A stretch of DNA of 64,000 bases, taken from contig OZ241863.1 in the NCBI GenBank assembly GCA_965203055.1, forward strand, positions 2,432,001-2,496,000, in the 5' to 3' direction. Numbering within the stretch: position 1 is the stretch's first letter; each line of letters opens with the position of its first letter. Under the pieces are notes generated by a model. It saw nothing but the letters and a program-made list of their open reading frames with translations. It had not been told where the DNA came from and made no database searches. Shown in pieces: positions 53,275 to 63,162 of this stretch. The position numbers were made by a program, and so were the translations under genes. This DNA is from Spirochaetia bacterium. GTDB taxonomy: Bacteria; Spirochaetota; Spirochaetia; SZUA-6; Bin103.

Positions 53275-54753
53275 CTACCGGGGAGCGTGGGCGTAGGGCC
53301 AGCTCGTGCCGCCGCGGCCGGCGGCGTGCTGCGCTTCGCCGGCCACCAGGGCCGCGCTCAGCCGGTGGATCAGGTGATCGCGCCGGGCGGCGTGGCGGGG
53401 AGCGCTCCACAGGTTGGTGGTCTCCTGGGGGTCCTCGTCCATGTCGTACAACTCCCCTTCCGGGCCGCGGCGGGCCGCCGGGTCCTGGTAGAGCGTCAGC
53501 TTGTAGCGCCCGTCGTGGAACATGGAGGCGTAGATGGGCGGCTCCCACTGTTGCTGGCCTGGTCCGATCCCGGAGTTCCGGTACAGGGTGACGGCGTGGT
53601 CGCGCGCCTGCGGACCGCCGCCGCGCGCCAGGGCCGCCAGGTCCTGCGACTGCGGCATCAACGCCGCGACCTCGGCCGCGGGCATCCCGGCGGCGCGCAG
53701 CAGGGTAGCTGCCAGGTCGTGCGGCTGCACCAGGTCGCGCAGCCGGGCGCCGGCCCGCTCCGCCCCCGGCAGGCGCACGATCAGCGGCACCCGGGTACAG
53801 GGATCGTAGAAGAAGGCGCCCTTCGCGATCAGCTCCAGGTCGCCGATCATGTCGCCGTGGTCGGACACGAACAGGATCAGGGTGTCGCGCATCAGGTCCA
53901 GGCGCTCCAGCTCGGCGAAGATGCGCCCCACCTGCCGGTCGAGGAAGGCGATCGACGCCAGGTAGCCGCGGCGAATCGCGGTGATGTCCTGCTGCCCCGG
54001 CTTCCTGCTCCTGCCCTGCCCGGCGTGGAACGCCTCGCGCTCGCGCGCCACGCCGCTCGGGATCGGCCGGTGGGCTGCGGTGAGCGGCCGCACCGGCGCC
54101 ATCCGCGAGTGGTCCACCAGCTCGCCCGCCTCGAGCGGATAGTCGAAGTAGGGGCCGTGCGGGTCGAACAGGCTCACGTTGAGGAAGAACGGCCGCGCGC
54201 GGTCGCGCTCGCTCAGGAAGGCGATGGCGCGCTCCGCCGCCCAGGTGCTGAAGTGCGCCGCCGCCGGGTGGTGATCCTGCCGCCCGGCCTGCAGCCGCCG
54301 CAGAAACTCAGGGTGGCGCTCGCGCAACCACGCCACGTGGGCGTTGAACGGCGAGTCGAGGTGCGCCTGCGGATCGATGCTCCACTCGTAACGCTGGAAG
54401 CCGTCGTGCGGGTGGCGCTCGACGGACTCCACGGCCCGGCCCGACACGTGCAGCTTGCCCACCAGCGCGGTCTCGTAACCCAGGCCGGCAAGGTGTTCCG
54501 GCAGCAGCACCTGGTCCGCCGGCAAGGTGTCGTGGATGCGATACACGCCGTGGCCCGCCGGCAGCCGGCCGGTCAGCATGCAGGCGCGGCTCGGCGTGCA
54601 GATCGGCACGTTCACGTAGCAGCGCTCGAACACCACCCCGTTCGCGGCCAAGCCGTCGAGCGCCGGCGTGGGAATGGCGCTGCAGCCGTAGCAGCCCAGC
54701 GTGTCCCAGCGCTGCTGGTCGCTCATCAGCAGCAGAATGTTGGGTCGATCCAT
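53275..54753 (-). CDS. Sulfatase family hydrolase
   Basis: PNILLLMSDQQR, CTPSR, GKLH, SDHGDMIG. Confidence 0.93.
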   Translation of the reverse strand: MDRPNILLLMSDQQRWDTLGCYGCSAIPTPALDGLAANGVVFERCYVNVPICTPSRACMLTGRLPAGHGVYRIHDTLPADQVLLPEHLAGLGYETALVGKLHVSGRAVESVERHPHDGFQRYEWSIDPQAHLDSPFNAHVAWLRERHPEFLRRLQAGRQDHHPAAAHFSTWAAERAIAFLSERDRARPFFLNVSLFDPHGPYFDYPLEAGELVDHSRMAPVRPLTAAHRPIPSGVAREREAFHAGQGRSRKPGQQDITAIRRGYLASIAFLDRQVGRIFAELERLDLMRDTLILFVSDHGDMIGDLELIAKGAFFYDPCTRVPLIVRLPGAERAGARLRDLVQPHDLAATLLRAAGMPAAEVAALMPQSQDLAALARGGGPQARDHAVTLYRNSGIGPGQQQWEPPIYASMFHDGRYKLTLYQDPAARRGPEGELYDMDEDPQETTNLWSAPRHAARRDHLIHRLSAALVAGEAQHAAGRGGTSWPYAHAPR

Positions 54754-54778
54754 AGTGTGCCGGCCGAGCACGGGTGCG

Positions 54779-55615
54779 TTACCGTCCCGCACCGGAGTCG
54801 GCGCCGGGATCATGCCGCCGCGCCAACAGTGCCCGCAGCTCCGCCACCTGCGCTTCCGCCGCATCGCGCGCGGCTTCCGCCTGCTGCCGATCCCGCTCCG
54901 CCTGCTGTCGCGCCTGTCGCTCCTGCTGCCGTTCCTGTTCCGCCTGCTGCCGCGCCTGTCGCTCCTGCTGCCGTTCCTGTTCCGCCTGCTGCCACGCCAG
55001 TTCCGCCCGCTGCCACGCCTCGTTGCTCTCGGTCAGCGTCCTTATGTTCCGTCCCGTCTCAGGGTCGTGAAAGCGTAACTCCCCTTCCTCGATCCACACT
55101 TCCAGCCCCAGCACCGCGCTGTAGATCGCCAGCGTCCCGTCCCCCAGCCGCGTCTCCGCCAGTTCCTCGTACTCCCCGCCCACCAGACTCAAGCCGCGCA
55201 ACGGCGGCTCCAGGTAATCTCCCGTCGGATCGTACTGCCAGTACTCCTGCACGCCCAGTGACTCGTACAACTCCCGCTTTGGCCCCTGGTCGTTGTGCCG
55301 CGTGTGGCACGAGGTGATCTCCATTACGAAGTCGGGACTCTTGCCCTCCTCCCACGCCTTGTACGTCGGCCGGATGTGGTTCGGCACCCCGAACACCACA
55401 AACACGTCGGGTGCTACCGAGGCATCGAAGTTGCCCTCCTGGTAGTAGATCAGCAGGTTCCCGGAGACGTAGACGTCGGGACGGTGGCGGAAGTAGTCGC
55501 GCAGTCCGGCGACCGCGTACATGAGCGGGATGCCCTGGGCATCGGTTTCGGCCAAGGGGACACCGTCCTCGGTGGGGTACTCAATTGCGGCGGGAGCGAG
55601 CGTAGACCTGATCAT
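54779..55615 (-). CDS. Uma2-family endonuclease with 14-aa coiled-coil repeats
   Basis: VSGNLLIYY, APDVFVVFG, PDFVMEITS, EYWQYDP; QQAEQERQQERQAR twice. Confidence 0.9.
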   Translation of the reverse strand: MIRSTLAPAAIEYPTEDGVPLAETDAQGIPLMYAVAGLRDYFRHRPDVYVSGNLLIYYQEGNFDASVAPDVFVVFGVPNHIRPTYKAWEEGKSPDFVMEITSCHTRHNDQGPKRELYESLGVQEYWQYDPTGDYLEPPLRGLSLVGGEYEELAETRLGDGTLAIYSAVLGLEVWIEEGELRFHDPETGRNIRTLTESNEAWQRAELAWQQAEQERQQERQARQQAEQERQQERQARQQAERDRQQAEAARDAAEAQVAELRALLARRHDPGADSGAGR

Positions 55616-55685
55616 GGCGACAAATCCCTCCCAAGCGGTAAGATGATAGCATGAGCTGGTCCGCCACGCCAGCGGGATGGCGAGC

Positions 55686-56195
55686 GAATCCGGCGCCGGG
55701 GTCCGCGGCGGCGCAGCCTGCCGGCCGAGGCGCAGTGTCTTCGTCTTCGCCGCCGAAGTCTGCTCTACGCCTTTGGCCCGCGCGGTGCGGCGCCCGCGCG
55801 GCGGCCGGGCCGGGTCGTGGCGGTCGAGCCCTCCCTCACCAGCCGCCCCATGATCTGCCCCAACGTCGCGCCCGCCGCCCAGGGTCGCACCCGATCCGCC
55901 GGCGCGGCCAGCTCCGGGTCCACCTCGGCCAGCAACTGCATCACCTGCCGGCTGCTCTTGCCGGACGCCTGCTCCACCAGCTCCCGCCACGCCTCCGGGT
56001 CCAGCACCAGCGCGGGCGCCGGCTGCCACTCCGCCGGCCGCGCCGGCGCCGAGCCATCCTGTGATCGCGCGGCAAACCCGGACCCTATCCCGCCCGGCGT
56101 GCTGCGCACCGCGCATGCCCGCTTGCGATCCTGCCGGTCGAACGCGTTCTGCAACTGCGCGGCCGCGTTTAGCGTCATCGTATTTGAGTCAGGTT
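55686..56195 (-). mobile_element. Internally deleted copy 3 of the HNH element (both ends kept, HNH and N-terminus lost)
   Basis: GAATCCGGCGCCGG matches 34024-34037; TTGAGTCAGGTT matches promoter 35364-35375; middle matches MTLNAAAQLQNAFDRQ region. Confidence 0.8.
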
Positions 56196-56235
56196 TTGTC
56201 GGCGGTAAGATGTCGCAAGCGGTGTGATTCGGGGG

Positions 56236-56263
56236 AGTATTACATTACCAGTATTACATTACC
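56236..56263. repeat. 14-bp tandem duplication
   Basis: AGTATTACATTACC twice. Confidence 0.85.
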
Positions 56264-56330
56264 AGTCCATTTCGCCGCTGCGCAGCGTCCTAAGACTATG
56301 AAAACGGATCGATGTATCGTAGAGTCGTAG

Positions 56331-56510
56331 TCGTAGCAAGCAGAGTGCGGCAGAAGAGGCCGGTTTCGCTATGGTGCGAGCGAGCCCGAAGACCAGTCTG
56401 GCCGGGATGCCGCTGAGTACCGAAGACTGTAGCCCCGCTAGTCGGGAAGCACGCGGACTAGATTTCCGTAACTACGGTATCCATCGCCGCGCTCTAATTT
56501 GGTTGTTGGG
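56331..56510 (+). ncRNA. Candidate IS110 bridge RNA
   Basis: About 180 nt non-coding with hairpins; CGGACTAG at 56454-56461 equals the element right end 57770-57777. Confidence 0.55.
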
Positions 56511-56518
56511 AGGGTACT

Positions 56519-57760
56519 ATGGAACTGATCTTCCAGTGCTGCTGCGGGATCGATATCCACAAGAAGAACGTCGTGGTCAATCTGCTGCGGCGCGGGGTGG
56601 ACGGCGTACCGGACATCGACGAGGTGCGCAGCTTTGGGACCATGACGGGCGATCTGTTGGAACTGTCGGACTGGCTCAAGCAGGCCGGTTGCAGCCATGT
56701 GGCGATGGAAAGCACGGGAGTCTACTGGAAGCCGATCTTCAACGTGTTGGAGGGAGACTTCGAGTTGCTGCTGGTCAACGCCAAGCATATCAAGACGGTG
56801 CCGGGCCGCAAGACCGACGTGCAGGACTGTCAGTGGATTGCGCAGTTGCTGCAGCATGGACTGTTGGAAGCAAGCTTCATTCCACCCCAGCCGATTCGTG
56901 AATTGCGAGACCTGACACGGCAGCGGCGCAAATTGGTGCGGGAGCGCAGTTCGGTGATCAATCGGATCCAGAAAGTTCTGGAGGACGCCAACATCAAGCT
57001 CGGGTCGGTTGCCTCTGATGTGATGGGCAAGTCGGGCTGGGATATGATTCGAGCGATTATCGCCGGTGAACGCGATCCGCAGCAGCTCGCGGCGTTGGCC
57101 CGGGGCCGACTGAAGGCCAAGCGGGCCGCACTGGAGCAGGCGCTGCAGGGGCGGATCACCGACCACCACACGTTCCTGTTGAAGCAACATCGGGTTCACC
57201 TGGAAATGCTGGATCGTCTGATCGAGACCTACGATCAACGTATCGATCGCCAAGTAAGCCCCTTTCGGGATCATGTGCAACGTCTCGACACCATTCCGGG
57301 AGTGAACGAGATCGGGGCCAAAGAGATTATCGCTGAGATCGGCGTCGACATGGAACAGTTTCCCGATCAACACCACTTGGCGTCATGGGCCGGGGTGTGT
57401 CCGGGCAACAACCGTAGCGCTGGCAAGCAGAAGGGCGGCAAGACCACCAAAGGCAGTCGCTGGCTGCGGGCCACGCTGGGTGAGGCAGCCTGGGCTGCGG
57501 CCCGCACCAAGCACACCTACCTGCAGACTCGCTTTCGGCGCTTGGCCAGCCGCCGAGGCAACAAACGGGCGATCGTGGCGGTGGGTCATCAACTACTTAC
57601 TAGTGCATACTTTATCATCAAGGAGCAGACCACCTACGAAGAACTCGGAGAGGACTTCTACGACATCAATCGGCTCCGTCATCTCAAGCGTTACTTCACC
57701 AAGCGTCTCGAACGCCTCGGCTTCAACGTGCAAATCACGCTAGCCGAATCGGTCGCGTGA
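56519..57760 (+). CDS. IS110 family transposase/recombinase
   Basis: DEDD: GIDIHK, MESTG, KTDVQD; C-terminal GVCPGNNRSAG. Confidence 0.96.
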   Translation: MELIFQCCCGIDIHKKNVVVNLLRRGVDGVPDIDEVRSFGTMTGDLLELSDWLKQAGCSHVAMESTGVYWKPIFNVLEGDFELLLVNAKHIKTVPGRKTDVQDCQWIAQLLQHGLLEASFIPPQPIRELRDLTRQRRKLVRERSSVINRIQKVLEDANIKLGSVASDVMGKSGWDMIRAIIAGERDPQQLAALARGRLKAKRAALEQALQGRITDHHTFLLKQHRVHLEMLDRLIETYDQRIDRQVSPFRDHVQRLDTIPGVNEIGAKEIIAEIGVDMEQFPDQHHLASWAGVCPGNNRSAGKQKGGKTTKGSRWLRATLGEAAWAAARTKHTYLQTRFRRLASRRGNKRAIVAVGHQLLTSAYFIIKEQTTYEELGEDFYDINRLRHLKRYFTKRLERLGFNVQITLAESVA

Positions 57761-57791
57761 GGGGGTTTTCGGACTAGCGTCTGACGGTCGA

Positions 57792-60700
57792 TCAGATGCT
57801 ACTGCCGAGAATGTCGCCGGCGTCGACAGGGCGCGATCTGCCGGGTACCGGAGGGCCGGCGGCGGTGCCGGCGCGGGCTTCGGCGGCGGCGCGGTCGGCG
57901 TTGAGGGCGAGCAGGCGGGCGAGCACTTCGTCGCGGACTTCGTCAGGCCAACGCCAGCGGTACGGCTTCTTCTTGCGGCCCCAGGAGGCTTCGTCGATCT
58001 CGTAGTCGAGGAGCAGGTCGCAGGCGGTCGGAATGTCGCTCCAGCCGTAGGCGTCGAGGACCGCGCGGTCCATGGCGGCGTGCAGCTCGCGCAGTTCGGC
58101 GATGCGCGGGTCGGTCTCGTAGAGGTCGTGGAAGCGGTTGTATATCTTGGTCATGCCCTCGTTATTGTCAACCATGAGCGCGGCGCGGTACTCGTAGTAT
58201 GCTTTGCCGGCGGCTTCGAGGGTGGGATGAGTGTCCCAGCCTTCCGGGAACGGGAAAGTCTCGAAGCAGTCAGAGAGAGTGTAGCGCAGATCGTCCTTCA
58301 TCGACGAACCGAAGAAGTGCGCCCAGATTTCGTGGGTGCGGGACTGGAGGGCGCAGAATACGGCGTAAGTCTGATAAGGATATACGTTCAAAGTAATCGC
58401 GCACACGTTGCCGACAGGTAGGAAGGCGAACTGGATGATCGCACTAACCTGAGAGTTGACCAATATCCGTTCCGATCCTGCAATGGCTGCATGCAGGTCC
58501 TTGGCTCGGTGCATAAATTGCCACCACACCGCGGCGCGGCGGCCGCGGCTCGATATGCTTCGCTGTGCCAGTGTCAAGCGAGACGGCTTTACCCTCTCCT
58601 CCAGGATCATTACGGGAAGATAACCTCGCGGTTGCGCGGGTCGGCCTCGATCAGCCGGCGCATCTCGGCGAGCGGTAACGCGACTCCTTTCTTGTCGGTA
58701 TCGTCGAAGGTGAATCCCATGCCGAGAACGTCGTTTCCTCGGAAGCTCTTGCCTGCATTGGCGGCTAGCCGAGCGGGGTCGGAGTTACCGCCCCGATGGT
58801 ACAAGAACGCGGTGATATTATCGACGTTCACGCCGTCAAGCACTAAGTCTCTGAGAATCTGACCCTTGACGATATGGATTACGCTTACTACTACTGCCGC
58901 GTCGCCAGGCCATCTGACCCGCTTGGTGGCGCGGTAGATATGACCGCCATGCTCGCATATCCAGCGCAGCCCGCTGGATCGGGTATCTCCTTGAGCGATG
59001 GTGTTCGTAGCGATCAATCCGAGTGTCCCGCCGTTTCGTAACAAATCGAAGGCGCGCCGGTAGAAGTGCGCAACCACGTCACACTTGCCGGCGCTTCCGG
59101 GATGTTGAGTGCGGAGCCAGTCCGTGTAATGACTCAGGTTGCTTTCGACTACGGTAACCTGACCCGCGAACGGCGGGTTGCCGACGAAGCCGTCGAAGCC
59201 GGGGTTCTCCCGCTCGAACACCTCGGGAAACTCGATCTCCCAGTGAAACGGCGCGAACGGCATCTCGGCGTGGCGCCGCGCCTGCCGCGTCAGAATCGCT
59301 TCCTGATACGCCTCCAGGCGTGCCGCGCGCTCCTTCGGCTTCGAGCCCTCGAAGAACGCCGCCAGCGTCAGATCGCCGAACCGCCGCACCTCGGCCAGCG
59401 CGTCCTGCGCGCAGCGCCACAGCGCCTGCAACTGCCGGTCGGTCACGGTGTCGTCCGCTTCCCGAATCCGGCGCCGCAACTCCGATGCCGCCGCCAGTTT
59501 CTCGCGCACCCCGAAGCCGGCCAGGATCGGCTGCCCGCCCTGCCAGTGTAGCGCTTCGAGCTGCCGCCGCGTCAGCCCGACGAGCGAATCGCCGCGGCGG
59601 AAGGCGTGGTCCACGAAGGTGAACGGATGGTCGCGCGCCAGCGTGCTCAGCCACAGCGACACCTTGGCCAGGTCCACCGCCATCGGGTTGCGGTCGATGC
59701 CGTACAGACACCGCTGCGCCACCAGCCGGCGCGCGAAGGTCACTTGGTCCTCATCCGACGGAACGTCGGGCGTGGCGCCGTGCGCGCCCCATGCCTCGAT
59801 CAGCGCGTCGGCCAACTGGCGGCAGGTCTCCACCAGAAACGCCCCCGATCCCATCGCCGGATCGCAGATCTTGAGATCGAGGACCTGCTCCGGGCGCGGC
59901 GGGCCGCCGTCCTCGCCGCGCAGCCGGTCCAGCAGCGGCGCCAGGGTGTGGCGCACGATCGGCTCGGTCAGCTCGCGCGGCGTGTAGTGCGAGCCGGAAC
60001 GGCGCCGCTCCTCGTTGGGCTGCAGCACCAGCCCGCCGCGCGGCACCAGGTCCGGGTCGAACAGCGCCCCGCGGCGCTCCGGCAGACTTACCGCGCCGCC
60101 GCGGCCCGCCGGTATTCCGTCGTGGAGCAGGCGAAACAGCACCACCAACTGCGCCCAGGCGCCGTAGCGCTGGTCCATCGTGTCCGGGTAGGCCGCAGCG
60201 TCCTTGCGCAGCCGCCGGTAGAGGCCGCCCAGCAAGTAGTGGCGCGCGAAGGTCTCGTCCTTTGGCAGCAGGCCGCGCTCCTCGGCGTACAGCAGGAACA
60301 CCAGCCGCAGGATCACGGTGAGCAGCCCGCGGTAGATGGCGTTGCGGTCCCCGCCGGCGGCCAGCGGCTCGCTCAGCAGCGCGCCGTCGGTGGCGGCATG
60401 GGCGTTCTGGAAGCCGCGCACCAGTTCGTACAGCGCGTGCAGCACCTGCTCGGCGAGGCGCTCGGAGACCTCGTTCTGGTAGATGCGGCTGTCGGCCAGC
60501 ACGGCGGTGAGGCGCTCATGGCGCGGCAGCGCCAGCAGCCGCTGTTCGGACAGAAGCAGGTGCAGGGCGGAGCAGAGCGGGCGCCCGGCGGTGTGAGCAG
60601 GTCGGCGAAGCGGAAATCCATCCAGCCGGAACTCTCCCCGTGCGGGGCGGAGATCAGGCGCAGCGCAACGCCGTTGACCAGCACGCCGGCGCGCACCCCG

Positions 60701-61200
60701 GTGGCGCGCAGCAGGCGTTCGGCGCGCCCCTGGGCGGATGCGTCCAGCCCGCCGCGGCCGGGCGCCGGGCGGTCGAACTCCTGGCCGGCGGCCAGCACCT
60801 GCACCAGCAGTTGCCACGGCGAGTCGCCACTCGCCGGATCGCGTTCGCGCACCGCGAAGTCGGGGCGCAGGGTCTCGCCGTAATCGGGCAGCGGCAGCGT
60901 GAGCTCTTCAGGGATCGGAGTCTCTTCAGTGAAGCCGGCGTAGCCCCGGGGCGAGAATCCCCAGCCGAGCACTGCGGCGGCGAACTCGCGGAAGTCGCGG
61001 ATGCACGGCTGCGGGTTGCCGCCCGGAGCGAGCTCGCGTTCCCCGGTGCAGCCGGCGAGCAGCGCCTGCCGGTGGGTATCCTGGCGGTTGACGAACGCGC
61101 CCGCCTTGAGCAGCGCCGGCGGCGACACCACCAGGCCGTGCGGCTGGATGTAGCCCAGCCATTCCAGATGCGCGCGCGTGTTCGGATCAGATGCAGGCAT
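57792..61200 (-). pseudogene. Type IIG/Eco57I-like N6A methyltransferase (DISARM DrmMI-like), fragmented
   Basis: HLEWLGYIQPHGLVVS start, GSHYTP, DPAMGSGAF, GNPPF, CFETFPFP; spread over three frames with apparent internal deletions. Confidence 0.8.
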
Positions 61201-61221
61201 CGTTCAGCAGCCTTCAAGGGC

Positions 61222-61327
61222 GCGCATTTCCAAACGCAGCAGATAAGCGTCAGGCCGCCTGGCGGCTAGGAGGGTTTCTTGAAGTGCCAGCGCCGGGGCG
61301 CGCGCTTCCAAACGCAGGTAGCGTCAG
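61222..61327. repeat. Dispersed repeat copies c and d in tandem
   Basis: GCGCATTTCCAAACGCAG...AGCGTCAGGCCGCCTGGCGGC and GCGCGCTTCCAAACGCAGGTAGCGTCAG. Confidence 0.7.
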
Positions 61328-62124
61328 TCGGACCTGCGGCGTAGCAATGCCTCGAGTTCGGCCAAACGCGCTTCGGCCGCTTGGCGGGCGGTGGCTTCCT
61401 GTTGGGCGCGGGTTTCTGCGGCCTGGCGGGCGGTGGTTTCCTGTTGGGCGCGGGTTTCTGCGACTTGGCGGGAGGCCGCCTCCTGCTCCGCGCGAGACTC
61501 CGCCTCCCGGCGTTGTTCGTCGGTCTCCGCCAAGTCCGGCAGCTCCCCAGGCTGCGGATCGTAGAACCTCAGCCGCCGGCCTGCCACCCGCAACTCCAGT
61601 CCCAGCACCTCGCTCCGCGCCGCCAACGTCCCGTCCGCCATCTCCCACCCCGGCAGCGGATCGTACTCTCCTTCCACCAACTCCAACCCCTGCAGCGGCG
61701 GCTGCAGGTAGTTCCGCGTCGGATCGTACTGCCAGTACTCCCTCACGCCCAGCCGGCGATACAACTCCCGCTTCCAGGTCTGATCGGCCCGCCACTTCCC
61801 CGGCGACGTGATCTCCAGCACGAAGTCGGGCGCCTTCTCCTCCTCCCACAGCAGGTACCTCGCGCGTTCTTCTTTCCGATTGCGCGCCCCGAACACCACG
61901 AACACGTCCGGCGCCACCCTTGCCAGCGTCCCTTCCTCGTAGTAGATCAGCAGGTTGCCGGAGGCGTGCACCTCGGGGCGGTTGCGGAAGTAGTGCCGGA
62001 GGCAGCTCACGGCGTACATGAGAGGTATCAGCTGCGACTCGCTTTCCGCCATCGGCTTGCCGTCCGAGCTGGGGTAGTCTATCGTCGCCGCCGGCGCCGG
62101 CGGTGCGCTGATTGAACTTGCCAT
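61324..62124 (-). CDS. Uma2-family endonuclease with 14-aa coiled-coil repeats
   Basis: YPSSDGKPMAES, APDVFVVFG, PDFVLEITS, EYWQYDP; AETRAQQE.TARQA repeats. Confidence 0.9.
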   Translation of the reverse strand: MASSISAPPAPAATIDYPSSDGKPMAESESQLIPLMYAVSCLRHYFRNRPEVHASGNLLIYYEEGTLARVAPDVFVVFGARNRKEERARYLLWEEEKAPDFVLEITSPGKWRADQTWKRELYRRLGVREYWQYDPTRNYLQPPLQGLELVEGEYDPLPGWEMADGTLAARSEVLGLELRVAGRRLRFYDPQPGELPDLAETDEQRREAESRAEQEAASRQVAETRAQQETTARQAAETRAQQEATARQAAEARLAELEALLRRRSD

Positions 62125-62209
62125 TCGACCACGCCTCCAGACGCCGGCCAGCTTAGCACGCCGCGCGCCGGGTAGGCACGCGCGCGGGAAAGCGGCAGTA
62201 TCGTGCGGC

Positions 62210-63100
62210 ATGGCGCGCTATCCCGATCACACGCGGCCGCCGGTGCCGATGACCGGCGAACAGAAGTTCTTCTTCGACCTGCGCGGCTGGCTGGTCCTGC
62301 CGGCGGTGCTCTCGCCGGCCGAGCTGGACGCGGCGCGCGCGGAGTGCTACGCCGGCGTCGATCCGCTGGCGGAGCGCCCCGGCGGCGTCAAGGACGGCCA
62401 CTGCGGCGTGCTGCAGACCCTGCTCGATCATCCCGCGCTGGTCGGGGTGCTCTCCGAAATCCTGTCGGAGGAGCCGTTCGACCTGGCGGAGTGCTACGGT
62501 TTCCGCTGCGAGGATTCGCACGTCATCATGCGGCCTCCCGGCTGGCGCAAGAGCAACCGCGGCGACGACGGCATCCCGCACGTGGTGCGCCCGCCGCAGC
62601 TCGCCAACGCCATGCGCTACCAGGTCGCGGGAAACCGGATCTTCTCAGGCCTCACGCGCGTGGTATGGGAGCTGGAAGAAGTGAAGGCGGACCAGGGCGG
62701 CACCTCGTTTCTCAGCGGCTCCCACAAGGCGCACTTCGGCTACGGCGGCCCCGACCGGTTCGCCTCCAGCGCGGCCGGCTCGCCGTGGCTGGAGCGGATC
62801 CGCTCCGCCATGGACACCTACGCCTGCCCGGCCGGCTCGGTGGTGATCTTCACCGAGAGCGTGCTGCACGCCGCCAACGACTGGACCAACCCCGACAACG
62901 GGCGCTGCGCCATCTTCCAGTGCTACAACTCGGTGTGGGCGCAGTGGCACCGCCCCAACATCACCCCGGCGGAGATCGCCGCCATGCCGCCGAAACGGCG
63001 TTCGCTGTTCCGCGGGGTGTGGCAGCTCGGAGGCAACACCGCCTACTCCGCCGCCAACCGGACCTTGCTGCGCGCGTCGCCCCACCGCCGCGCCGGCTGA
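62210..63100 (+). CDS. PhyH-family dioxygenase-like protein
   Basis: FFFDLRGWLV, GGTSFLSGSHK, AGSVVIFTESVLH. Confidence 0.8.
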   Translation: MARYPDHTRPPVPMTGEQKFFFDLRGWLVLPAVLSPAELDAARAECYAGVDPLAERPGGVKDGHCGVLQTLLDHPALVGVLSEILSEEPFDLAECYGFRCEDSHVIMRPPGWRKSNRGDDGIPHVVRPPQLANAMRYQVAGNRIFSGLTRVVWELEEVKADQGGTSFLSGSHKAHFGYGGPDRFASSAAGSPWLERIRSAMDTYACPAGSVVIFTESVLHAANDWTNPDNGRCAIFQCYNSVWAQWHRPNITPAEIAAMPPKRRSLFRGVWQLGGNTAYSAANRTLLRASPHRRAG

Positions 63101-63162
63101 ACCGGCCGCGGCCTCCGGGGACGAGACCGGCGGCCAAACCAGGTTGAACGAGGAGCGCCGCG

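Larger units (their letters stand above)
56328..57777 (+). mobile_element. IS110-family insertion sequence; left boundary tentative
   Basis: Transposase with long 5' non-coding end and short 3' end; TAG at both putative junctions; lower GC. Confidence 0.75.

Noticed and set aside
54779..56116. 445-aa ORF as a real HNH-element/Uma2 fusion
   Set aside because: The upstream part is an off-frame reading of the HNH remnant; Uma2 has its own GGAGG RBS and ATG at 55615
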